A DNA stretch of 64,000 bases from Gemmatales bacterium (GTDB lineage Bacteria; Planctomycetota; Planctomycetia; Gemmatales; HRBIN36). Of this stretch, positions 48,590 through 57,342 are shown one piece after another. Location of the stretch: the NCBI GenBank assembly GCA_041640595.1, contig JBEPZY010000001.1, positions 832,001 through 896,000 of the forward strand, given 5' to 3'. Positions within the stretch are counted from its first letter, which is position 1, and every line of letters starts with the position of its first letter. Position numbers and translations under genes: made by a program. The notes under the pieces were generated by a model. It searched no databases. It was not told the DNA's origin and saw only the letters and a program-made list of their open reading frames with translations.

Positions 48590-51500
48590 TCATTTTTCCT
48601 CTTGAATAGGCCGACGCGGTGGGAAAGTTTCGCCCGGCACGACAATGCGTGGCCGAAAAGCATCTGGCAACACATGCAGACGTCCCTTGAGTTGCGGATC
48701 ACGAATCAGGCGCGGTTTGCCAGCCAGTGCCTGACCCACCAGTTCGAGTGTCCACCGCAGCCGCGTCAAGGCCCAATCAGTCTCAGCGTGATTGTGATTA
48801 TGGTTGCTGGCCCAATGGAGATTGACAGCCAAATTGAGTGGCTGCGTGCCATCTGCAACAGGCCAGGTCGGCCAATTCAATTGATGCACGCTGGGCCGAC
48901 GTAGCGAATTCTCCAGCTCCCGAATGGCCTGAGCTTCAGCTCTGGCACGAGCAACGGTCTGGAAATGATCGGCTTCCGCCTGGGCTACGATTTTGCTCGC
49001 CTCCACCCGGGCCGAAGAAATGGCTGCTGCCGCTTCGCGGTTGGCCTCGATGATGCGGCGGTTGCGTTCCAACAGTGCCCGCGTGACGTCGTAATAGGCA
49101 TCCACAATTTCCGGCGGCGGATGCAAATCCTGCACCGCCACGGTTTCCAGCGTTATCCCCAGCTGCAGGTGGCTGATACGGGAATGCAATCGCTGGAATG
49201 CTTCCTGCTGCAACTTTTCCCGTGCGGTCAACAACAGGCTCAGAAAATCGCTACCAGCCACCACTTCTCGCAAGGCAGTCTCGGCCTCGGCACGGAGCAC
49301 GGCTTCCGGGTCTGCCACCGCGAAATAATACTGGTGCGGCTCGGATATGCGATACTGAACCACGGCCTGAAGCTCGACCAGAACGCGATCCCCCGTGATC
49401 ATCAACCCTTCTTCCCGATCGGAACCCGGACCATCTCCGTGCGGACTGCTCCAGGTCATTGGCGCTGTGCCGCCTATGGCCATGCGCATGCCTATCGGGA
49501 CAATGCGGACACGCTGAGGCTGCACGCGCAAAATTCGTTCCCATGGCCAGGGCCAGCGTAGATGCAGGCCCGGTGATAAAGGCGTTTCCAACACCCGACC
49601 GCAGCGGTTGACCAGGCCAATTTCATCCGGGCCGATCACCACTAGGCACGTGCTCCAGTAAAGTACCACCAAAGCTATCAGGCCGGAGATAGCCAGAGCG
49701 CGGCGGTGATGCTCCGCCCAATGCATGGCTTCGTGCCAGCTGAGTCGTTCCAGCCAGCGATCCATCGCCTGAGAAGTTTCCCGCAGCCATTGCCACCATC
49801 GCCAGTGTTGGACTCGTTCAAACCACAACAGCCGCATGGCGTTGAGCAATACCGCAACCGAGCCAATCTGGTGATAAATAGCAGCCCAGAGAGGCGCTCG
49901 ATGCCGGGCCGTCTCTGACCAGGCTGGCATGAGCCACGCGGTCAGGACAATCCCTACAGCGTTTACTCCAAACGCAAACCACAGGATGTTCTGCCGGATG
50001 ATCCGCTCCGTCTGTCGGGCCAGGCGGACCAGCAAGGGCAGAGGCTTGAGCGGATCGCCCATCAGCACAATATCGCCCACTTCCGCGGCAACGTCGGAAC
50101 CAATGCTCCCCAGCGCGATTCCAACGTCGGCACGAGCCAGTGCTGGTGCATCGTTGATCCCGTCACCGACCATGGCGACACGCCAGCCGCGCTGTCTCCA
50201 GCTATCGAGCCATTCGGCTTTCTGGGCCGGTAACAGCTCTGCCACCACTTCCGTGATACCAACCTGCTCAGCCACTCGCACGGCGGCTGCTTGCCTGTCA
50301 CCTGTGAGCAAGGCGATCGGCTCCAGCCCAAGCTCTCGCAATTGCCGGACTACCACCGGAGCTTCGGCACGTATCACGTCGCTGGCTCCCAGCACACCAA
50401 CCACGCGCCCATCCACCGCACAGACCAGAACTGTCCCACCTTCCTGGTCGAGAACCGCAATAGCTTGTTCGACTTCCGGCCCGAACGAAATCCCCTGGGC
50501 AAGCAGAAAACGCTGATTTCCGACGAGCACGACCCTGCCCGCAATGCGAGCGCTGACACCGGCTCCCGGATGAGCCTGGAAGTCTTCGACCGATGGTAAT
50601 TCCAGTTGCCGCTGACGAGCTGCCGCCACTATCGCCTGGGCAAGCGGATGCTCGCTACGCTGTTCCGCGGCAGCTGCCCATAAAAGCACGTCGTCGGCGC
50701 TCATGTCGGCAACCAGTGGAATAACTCGCTGCAATTGCAGACGCCCCTGCGTCAACGTGCCGGTCTTGTCAAAAGCAATCGCCTGCACCTGAGCCAGGCG
50801 TTCCAGGGCCGCCCCACCTTTGACCAGAACACCAGTTCCGGCCAGGCGACCCAGGGCCGCGATGATCGCCGCTGGTGTTGCCAGAATCAACGCGCATGGA
50901 CAAGCGACTACCAGCACCGAAAGCGCTGGATACACCGCTTCGTATGCTCCTACGCGACCTCCGCCGTACCACCACCAGCCTGCCAGAAACGTAAGCAGCG
51001 ACAGCGTCAGAACCACGGGGAGAAAATAGCGAGCCAGTCGGTCTGCCGTGCGTTCCAGCGGTGCTTTTTCCCGCAGCGCCTGGGCAGTCAGTTCCAGCAC
51101 CCGCGCCAGTACGGTATGTTCCGCCGCACGACGCACCTCGACTACCAGGGCGCCATGTTGATTCAGAGTGCCGGCGAAGACCTCGTCCCCCGGCCCTTTA
51201 TCCACGGGAACGCTCTCGCCCGTAAGCGTGCTTTGATCCACCGCCGAGCGACCTTCGACGACGATGCCGTCCACGGGGACACGTTTGCCTGGCCGTACCA
51301 GCACCCGCTCGCCTACCCGCACATCTTCGACCCGCACACGTTCTTCCCGGCCATCCCGCAACACCAGGCACATGGTGGGACAAATTTCAGCTAACCGTTG
51401 CAGGGCGTATTGCGTTCGCTGGAACGTGATAGCCTCCAGGCATTCGCCCACCAGTCCGATGAACACCACTTCTGCCGCAACCAGAGGTTGATTAATCAGA

Positions 51501-51817
51501 ATTGCCGCTACTACCGCCAAAGCCAGAGCCAGATCAGCACCGAACCGCCCCGCCATTAAACTTTCCAACGCACTGTAAAGAATTCTTGCCCCACCGAAAA
51601 CGGCTGCCACCAGTGCCCAATCGAAATGGCGACCGAGGATGGTTAAGCCGCTCGGCAAGCGTGGTAACGCAATATTCCACCAGCTGCTCAACCATCCAGC
51701 CAATTCCGGCCAGATCGCCAGCGCTAATAGCGCCCCAATCAGCGCCGTGAACAGGTAGAGTCCGGCGTGGCTTTCACGCCGAAACATGCTGTCCAGGTAG
51801 GAAATCTCCCGGTGCAT
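48590..51817 (-). CDS. P1B-type heavy-metal ATPase fused to a C-terminal HflK-like SPFH domain
   Basis: TGES, ACPC, DKTGTLT, SEHPL and GDGINDAPAL, then a TM plus PGLHLRWPWP, MITGD..LV and QDLHPP..VDAY. Start 51817 or GTG 51829. Confidence 0.92.
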   Translation of the reverse strand: MHREISYLDSMFRRESHAGLYLFTALIGALLALAIWPELAGWLSSWWNIALPRLPSGLTILGRHFDWALVAAVFGGARILYSALESLMAGRFGADLALALAVVAAILINQPLVAAEVVFIGLVGECLEAITFQRTQYALQRLAEICPTMCLVLRDGREERVRVEDVRVGERVLVRPGKRVPVDGIVVEGRSAVDQSTLTGESVPVDKGPGDEVFAGTLNQHGALVVEVRRAAEHTVLARVLELTAQALREKAPLERTADRLARYFLPVVLTLSLLTFLAGWWWYGGGRVGAYEAVYPALSVLVVACPCALILATPAAIIAALGRLAGTGVLVKGGAALERLAQVQAIAFDKTGTLTQGRLQLQRVIPLVADMSADDVLLWAAAAEQRSEHPLAQAIVAAARQRQLELPSVEDFQAHPGAGVSARIAGRVVLVGNQRFLLAQGISFGPEVEQAIAVLDQEGGTVLVCAVDGRVVGVLGASDVIRAEAPVVVRQLRELGLEPIALLTGDRQAAAVRVAEQVGITEVVAELLPAQKAEWLDSWRQRGWRVAMVGDGINDAPALARADVGIALGSIGSDVAAEVGDIVLMGDPLKPLPLLVRLARQTERIIRQNILWFAFGVNAVGIVLTAWLMPAWSETARHRAPLWAAIYHQIGSVAVLLNAMRLLWFERVQHWRWWQWLRETSQAMDRWLERLSWHEAMHWAEHHRRALAISGLIALVVLYWSTCLVVIGPDEIGLVNRCGRVLETPLSPGLHLRWPWPWERILRVQPQRVRIVPIGMRMAIGGTAPMTWSSPHGDGPGSDREEGLMITGDRVLVELQAVVQYRISEPHQYYFAVADPEAVLRAEAETALREVVAGSDFLSLLLTAREKLQQEAFQRLHSRISHLQLGITLETVAVQDLHPPPEIVDAYYDVTRALLERNRRIIEANREAAAAISSARVEASKIVAQAEADHFQTVARARAEAQAIRELENSLRRPSVHQLNWPTWPVADGTQPLNLAVNLHWASNHNHNHAETDWALTRLRWTLELVGQALAGKPRLIRDPQLKGRLHVLPDAFRPRIVVPGETFPPRRPIQEEK

Positions 51818-51990
51818 CGCTGCGGTCACCTCCTCCAGTGATATTTCATTTTAGTTTGACCATTCTTTGTTTGCCGCTCCGGCAGCCCGGAATACATGTG
51901 CAAAGCGGCCAACCCTGGCGGTTTATCCCCGCCCCACGATCGATCCTGGTGTTGTCCTTACGAGAAACCGCGCCACATAGGGGTACTGAG

Positions 51991-52018
51991 GAAAACTTTT
52001 TTGGCTGGCGTTCGTCTT
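51991..52018 (+). promoter_or_regulatory. ECF-sigma-like promoter upstream of the DUF4139 gene
   Basis: GAAAAC-N16-CGTCT with a T-tract after the -35 element. Confidence 0.5.
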
Positions 52019-52088
52019 ACCAATGGGTCAAGCAGAATATCCACGGCGAGGTGGATTCGAAGCCTTTTCAACAAAGGGAGGTACACAC

Positions 52089-54278
52089 ATGCGAGTACGG
52101 GGTAAACTCCTGCTTTTAGGCGTCCTGGCCAGTGCCGGGCTGGGAACTTTTGGTGCCTGGCTATGGCACGGACATCGGGAACAAGCCCATGCTCAACAGG
52201 CTGCAACGGCTACACCAGCGGTTCAGCTGAAAGAACCTGCGGTTCCTTTGCCGCTCACGCGCGTAACTTTGTTCAGTGCCGGTGTCGGTCACTTTATACG
52301 TGAAGGTGAAGTCGAAGGCACGGTTCGCGCGGACTTCAATTTCCGCCCCGAACACATCAACGACGTGCTGAAAAGTCTCGTCGCCAACGATCTCGGCGGC
52401 GGAACCGTCTCCACGGTCACCTACGACAGTCAGGACCCGGTCGAAAAGACCCTGCGTAGCTTCGCCATCAACCTCCACGGCAATCCGAGCCTGGCACAAA
52501 TTCTCATCCAGGCCCGTGGCGAACGCGTCGAAGTAGTCTTGCAACAGACGGCCATTACCCAGCCGGGAACCCTTACCGGCTCCATTCTCGGTGTGGAAAA
52601 ACAGAAACAACCCGCTGGCAACACTAGCATAGATGTAGATGTCCTGAACCTGTGGTGTGCGGAGGGCGTGCGTTCGATTAAGTTGGCCGACATTCAGCGC
52701 ATCCGTTTCCTGAATCCCAACATTGAATCGGAGTTTCGCCGGGCCCTCGAGACTCTCGCCTATGCTCACGACACGCAAAAGAAGACCGTGTCCGTCATCT
52801 TCAGTGGCGAGGGAAAACGGCCGGTGCGCGTGAGTTATCTCCAGGAAAATCCCATCTGGAAGATGAGTTATCGGCTTGTGCTCCATAAGGAAGGCAAACC
52901 GTATTTGCAGGGCTGGGCGATTGTCGAAAATCAAACCGATGAAGATTGGCAAGGCGTGCGCGTGGGTCTGGTGAGCGGTCGGCCCATCTCGTTCATCATG
53001 GATTTGTACCAGCCCCTTTATGTGCCCCGCCCGGTTGTGGACCTGGAGCTATTGGCGAACCTGCGGCCGGTAACTTATACTGGGGCAATGCAATTGATGG
53101 AACAGGGGGGCCTTGGAGCAGCGTTGCCACCGGGAGCTCCGCAGGGGGGCTTGCAGTCAGCCAATCGCGAAAAACAAGCAGGTCACGCCGCCGTAGCCGA
53201 TGCGGCCAAACGTGACCGAGGCGAAGCGAACGAACTCGAACTCCGGCGAGCTGCTGCCGCGCGACAGTTCGGCCAGAACCTGGCTCGCGGCATCGAATCG
53301 GTGGCTTCCGCTCAAGACCTGGGCGATTTCTTCGAGTATAGCATCGAACATCCTGTCACGCTCCCGCGGCAAAAGTCGGCTTTGCTGCCGGTCATCACTC
53401 AGCGAGTCGAAGGCCGACGGGTTAGCATCTACAACGAACGCCATCTGGCTAAACATCCCCTCCTGGGCTTCTATTTGAAGAACACCACCGGTTTGCATCT
53501 ACTTCAAGGCCCGATCACGGTGTTTGATGATTCGACTTACGCCGGTGAGGCCAAGATCGGCGACATTCAACGCGGCGAGGAACGCTTGCTCAGCTACGCC
53601 GTTGATTTAGGCACGGAAGTCGAGCCTCAGGCTAAACGTCAACCGGATCGGCTGGTGGCCGTGCGTGTGCAGCGCGGTGTCCTATATGCCACGAACAAAG
53701 TACGCGAAGAAAAGACCTATGTCATTCGCAATCGTTCCGAACAGGATCGCGTAGTCCTGATAGAACATCCCTATCGCGGTCCCGATTTCAAACTCATCGC
53801 CCCGGAGAAACCGCTCGAGCGTGCTCGCGATGTTTATCGCTTTGAAGTAACGGTGCCTAAAGGCGAAACCAAGAAGCTGGAAGTCATCGAGGAACGCGAT
53901 GTTGTGAGCACGGTGGCACTAAGCAACGCGGACGACCAGACTATCCGCATTTTCCTGCAAAGCCCGATCACCAGCCAGAAAGTCAAGGATGCCCTGAGTG
54001 AAATCGTGCAAAGGAAGCACCGTCTGGCCCAGTTGCAGCAGGAACTGACGCAAACACAGGCCGAGCTAAAGATACTGGTGGACGATCAGGCACGCCTGCG
54101 AGCCAACATGCAGGCTCTGCCGCCTAGCAGCGAAACTTACAAACGCTACCTGAAAAAACTCGATGAGCAGGAACCCTTGATTGATAAGTATCAGGAACGT
54201 ATCAAGGCCCTGCAACAGGATATCTTGAAACAGCGGCAGGCCCTGGACAATTACCTGGTCAATCTCAATCTCGATTAG
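52089..54278 (+). CDS. DUF4139-type protein with signal/anchor and C-terminal coiled coil
   Basis: VTLFSAGVGHF, INDVLKSL, P.WK.SYRL, LQGWAIVEN, LVSGRPISF and RLLSYAVDLG. GGGAGG RBS. Confidence 0.8.
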   Translation: MRVRGKLLLLGVLASAGLGTFGAWLWHGHREQAHAQQAATATPAVQLKEPAVPLPLTRVTLFSAGVGHFIREGEVEGTVRADFNFRPEHINDVLKSLVANDLGGGTVSTVTYDSQDPVEKTLRSFAINLHGNPSLAQILIQARGERVEVVLQQTAITQPGTLTGSILGVEKQKQPAGNTSIDVDVLNLWCAEGVRSIKLADIQRIRFLNPNIESEFRRALETLAYAHDTQKKTVSVIFSGEGKRPVRVSYLQENPIWKMSYRLVLHKEGKPYLQGWAIVENQTDEDWQGVRVGLVSGRPISFIMDLYQPLYVPRPVVDLELLANLRPVTYTGAMQLMEQGGLGAALPPGAPQGGLQSANREKQAGHAAVADAAKRDRGEANELELRRAAAARQFGQNLARGIESVASAQDLGDFFEYSIEHPVTLPRQKSALLPVITQRVEGRRVSIYNERHLAKHPLLGFYLKNTTGLHLLQGPITVFDDSTYAGEAKIGDIQRGEERLLSYAVDLGTEVEPQAKRQPDRLVAVRVQRGVLYATNKVREEKTYVIRNRSEQDRVVLIEHPYRGPDFKLIAPEKPLERARDVYRFEVTVPKGETKKLEVIEERDVVSTVALSNADDQTIRIFLQSPITSQKVKDALSEIVQRKHRLAQLQQELTQTQAELKILVDDQARLRANMQALPPSSETYKRYLKKLDEQEPLIDKYQERIKALQQDILKQRQALDNYLVNLNLD

Positions 54279-54339
54279 GCTCCCACTTGCCAGCTAAATC
54301 CAAAGAAGCGGGAGCGTTCCAAGGTATGCCTTTGGTCAC

Positions 54340-54370
54340 GCGGGCGGGTATCCCCCGCCCGCATTCTTTG
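54340..54370 (+). terminator. Probable intrinsic terminator after the DUF4139 gene
   Basis: Stem gcgggcggg/cccgcccgc, loop tatcc, weak tail attctttg. Confidence 0.55.
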
Positions 54371-54905
54371 CGCGAACGTGCTAATTCGCTCCTACCGGCA
54401 GAGTTTGCCCAACCGGAATCTACACCGTTGGGGACTAAGGTCGCCCGTTTGCAACAATCAGCCTGAATCACAAAGGGCAAGCAGGAAACGCCAATAACCT
54501 CATGCTCCGAATCCAGTGCATTGCGGTTGCCAGGTGGAGCGAGGTAATCCACTAATGTGAGCGACTGAACCACGGACAAAAAGGTCGCAAACCATGTCGA
54601 GCCGAGGCGATCCACGGCTAATTTGGCGTGCCATCGGCAAACGAATCGAATATGCGTTCGCATGAAAACGGAGGTGAACGATAGCTTATCTGGTAGGCCA
54701 ACCTGGCGGTTCTTCGTCGGCGAATGGCAAGGTTTTTCTGGCAGCGGTCTTCTTCGCTCGTTCATTTCAATCATTCCATTACGGTTACCACGACAGTCTC
54801 GCGGTACACACTTGACGCAACCTCTCGATTCACTGACCCGCGGCTGGCGATACTATAAATCAAAGATTGCCACCGAGCGCCCCTTGCGGTCAACGGGGAG
54901 TGAAT

Positions 54906-55868
54906 GTGAATTTGCGGATTCGACCATTCCGTAACACCGATCCGCCCGCGCTGGTGCGGCTGTGGAATGTGGCCCTGACTGGTCGCGGGGCTGCTATTCT
55001 CCCCAACGTCAATTGTCTGGAATTGGCGGTGCTCGCACGACCTTACTTCGAATCCAAAGGTTTGCTCCTTGCCGAATGTGACGGTCAGATCGTCGGGTTT
55101 GTTCATGCTGGTTTTGGTCCGGACTCCACAGGTCAGCGAATCAGTTACGAGCGTGGCGTGATTTGTGTGCTCGCGGTTCATCCGGAATGGCGACGCCAAG
55201 GAGTTGGAACGCAGCTGCTTCGTCAGGCTGAGACATACCTTCGCCAGCATGAAGCGCGAGAGATTTATTTCGGCTGCCACAGACCCTTGTGCCCGTTTTA
55301 CTGGGGACTTTACGGCGGTAGTGAACCTTCAGGAGTCCTGGAATCCGATGCCCTTGCCAAACCTTTTCTTCAGCGGCATGGTTATGCGGTGCAGGCCACA
55401 CACATCGTGTACCAAAGAATCCTCGACGGCACCCCCTGGAGAATAAGCCCGCAAGCTGCTGTCTGGAAAGCGAAATGTGAACTTGAAGTCATCCCACGTC
55501 CGGTTCACACAAACTGGTTCGAGGCCTGCGTTACCTCGCCGCTGGAAATGTTTCGTCTTCAGGCCCTACTGGAAGGTCGCACCGTTGCTCAGGTGGACAT
55601 GTGGGAAATGGAACTGTTCGGCTGGCGATGGAAGCAACCTTCGGTTGGGCTATTGGATTTGCAAGTTGCCGCAGAGTTCAAAGGCCAGGGGCTCGAATTC
55701 TTCTTGCTGGCTTCCAGCTTACAATGGTTAGAGGAACAATACTACACCCTGGTCGAAATGCATGTACCTGAATCCGACCAGGAATTGCGGAAAAACCTCC
55801 GCGATTTGGGATTCGAAATGGTAGATCGCGGCCTGGTCTATCGGCTGGACCGACCGGGCGCCAGCTAA
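54906..55868 (+). CDS. Tandem-GNAT acetyltransferase
   Basis: IRPFRN.D, IVGFVHAGFG and LAVHPEWRRQGVGTQL, plus a second degenerate motif V..EFKGQGL. Confidence 0.85.
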   Translation: MNLRIRPFRNTDPPALVRLWNVALTGRGAAILPNVNCLELAVLARPYFESKGLLLAECDGQIVGFVHAGFGPDSTGQRISYERGVICVLAVHPEWRRQGVGTQLLRQAETYLRQHEAREIYFGCHRPLCPFYWGLYGGSEPSGVLESDALAKPFLQRHGYAVQATHIVYQRILDGTPWRISPQAAVWKAKCELEVIPRPVHTNWFEACVTSPLEMFRLQALLEGRTVAQVDMWEMELFGWRWKQPSVGLLDLQVAAEFKGQGLEFFLLASSLQWLEEQYYTLVEMHVPESDQELRKNLRDLGFEMVDRGLVYRLDRPGAS

Positions 55869-55969
55869 AAACAGCAAGAGCGCACGCCCCAGCGTGACCG
55901 GTCGGCACGGCCAGATGCCAGACGCGAAAGCCAGCCGGTTTTCTCAAAGCCATCGGCGATGAGGTAACA

Positions 55970-57232
55970 ATGCCAGAAAAAAAAGGACACCATCCAGGCG
56001 AATTTTGCACTGTCGAGGAAGCTCTCGAGGAGCTTCGCTCGGGAAAGATGATTGTGCTGGTGGACGATGAATTTCGAGAAAACGAGGGCGACCTTGTTCT
56101 GGCCGCCGAGAAGGTTACGCCCGAAGCGATCAATTTCATGCTGCGTGAAGCCCGAGGCCTGCTCTGTCTGGCCATGTCCGCGGAAATCTGCGACCGGCTG
56201 GAGCTTGGCCTGCAGGTCCCGCTGAGTAACCCGATGGGGACTGCCTTCACCGTTTCTTTCGACGCCCGCCGGGGCATCACCACTGGCACTTCCGCCTACG
56301 ACCGTGCCCACACCATCCGCGTGGCCATTGACCCCCGTGCCCAGCCAGGCGACCTGGTACGTCCCGGGCATGTCCACGGTCTCCGGGCTCATCCTGGCGG
56401 TGTCCTGGTGCGAGCCGGACATACCGAGGGCAGCGTGGATTTATGCCGGCTAGCCGGTTTACGAGAAGCGGCCGTCATTTGCGAAATCCTCCGCCCCGAT
56501 GGCCACATGGCCCGGCTCCCTGAACTCCGCGAATTCTGTCGGCAGCACGATCTGAAAATGTGCACCATCGAGGAAATCATCAAATACCGTCGGCAACGTG
56601 AAAAACTGGTCCGACGCGAACTCGCTTTGACCCTGCCGACCGAATTCGGCGAATTCCGGCTCTTCGCTTACACGTCGGTAGTGGATCCCGAACCGCATCT
56701 GGCCCTCTGCCTGGGAGGAATTGGCGACGATAGCGGCGGTGTTGTTCCCGTGCAGGAAGAACCGGTGCTGGTGCGGATTCACTCCCAGTGCCTGACCGGC
56801 GATATTTTCCGCAGCCGTCTTTGTGATTGCGGTGCTCAGCTGCACCAGGCCCTAAGGCAAATTGCTGAGGCTGGCAAAGGGTGCCTGCTATACATGCGCC
56901 AGGAAGGCCGCGGGATTGGACTGCTCCCCAAGTTGCACGCCTATCGGTTGCAGCAAGAAAAACACCTGGACACCGTCGAAGCCAACCGCGAACTTGGTTA
57001 CGCGGCCGATCTGCGGCATTACGGCATCGGCGCACAGATTTTGTACGACCTCGGTATTCGGCAGATTCGCTTGCTAACCAATAATCCGAAAAAAGTCGTC
57101 GGGCTGGACGGTTACGGCCTCAAGATCGTAGAGCGAGTTCCCATCCTGGTGCCGCCTACCGAACAAAATCGCGGATACCTTCAGGCTAAGAAAACTAAGC
57201 TCGGCCATCTGCTCGACGAAATCCTCCGCTGA
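55970..57232 (+). CDS. ribBA: Bifunctional DHBP synthase / GTP cyclohydrolase II
   Basis: DDEFRENEGD, RAGHTEG, RIHSQCLTGD, CDCG, QEGRGIGL and LLTNNP. Confidence 0.96.
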   Translation: MPEKKGHHPGEFCTVEEALEELRSGKMIVLVDDEFRENEGDLVLAAEKVTPEAINFMLREARGLLCLAMSAEICDRLELGLQVPLSNPMGTAFTVSFDARRGITTGTSAYDRAHTIRVAIDPRAQPGDLVRPGHVHGLRAHPGGVLVRAGHTEGSVDLCRLAGLREAAVICEILRPDGHMARLPELREFCRQHDLKMCTIEEIIKYRRQREKLVRRELALTLPTEFGEFRLFAYTSVVDPEPHLALCLGGIGDDSGGVVPVQEEPVLVRIHSQCLTGDIFRSRLCDCGAQLHQALRQIAEAGKGCLLYMRQEGRGIGLLPKLHAYRLQQEKHLDTVEANRELGYAADLRHYGIGAQILYDLGIRQIRLLTNNPKKVVGLDGYGLKIVERVPILVPPTEQNRGYLQAKKTKLGHLLDEILR

Positions 57233-57342
57233 CAGCTGCGCCTCGGTAAGCGTTCGCGGTTTCTGGAAACCTAACATGTTTGGGAAACGTCTGGCCTATT
57301 TCCTACAATGCCTCCCAAAGGGAATTGCTGGAGACTTATCTT

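Noticed and set aside
54365..54412. Minus-strand GGGCAAAC...CGCAAAG, resembling a c-di-GMP-I riboswitch
   Set aside because: It lacks the GNRA-capped P2 stem and the GACGCAAAGC context, and no gene starts downstream on that strand.
54400..54440. Minus-strand ccaacggtgtagattccggttggg, resembling the 3' half of an FMN riboswitch near ribBA
   Set aside because: The 5' half (GGGCAGGGTGAAATTCCC) is absent, it is on the wrong strand, and a whole gene separates it from ribBA.
54265..54774. 169-aa minus-strand ORF and 103-aa plus-strand ORF (54623..54934) in the long intergenic region
   Set aside because: No convincing RBS or motifs, and both overlap neighbouring gene ends. The region is treated as non-coding.
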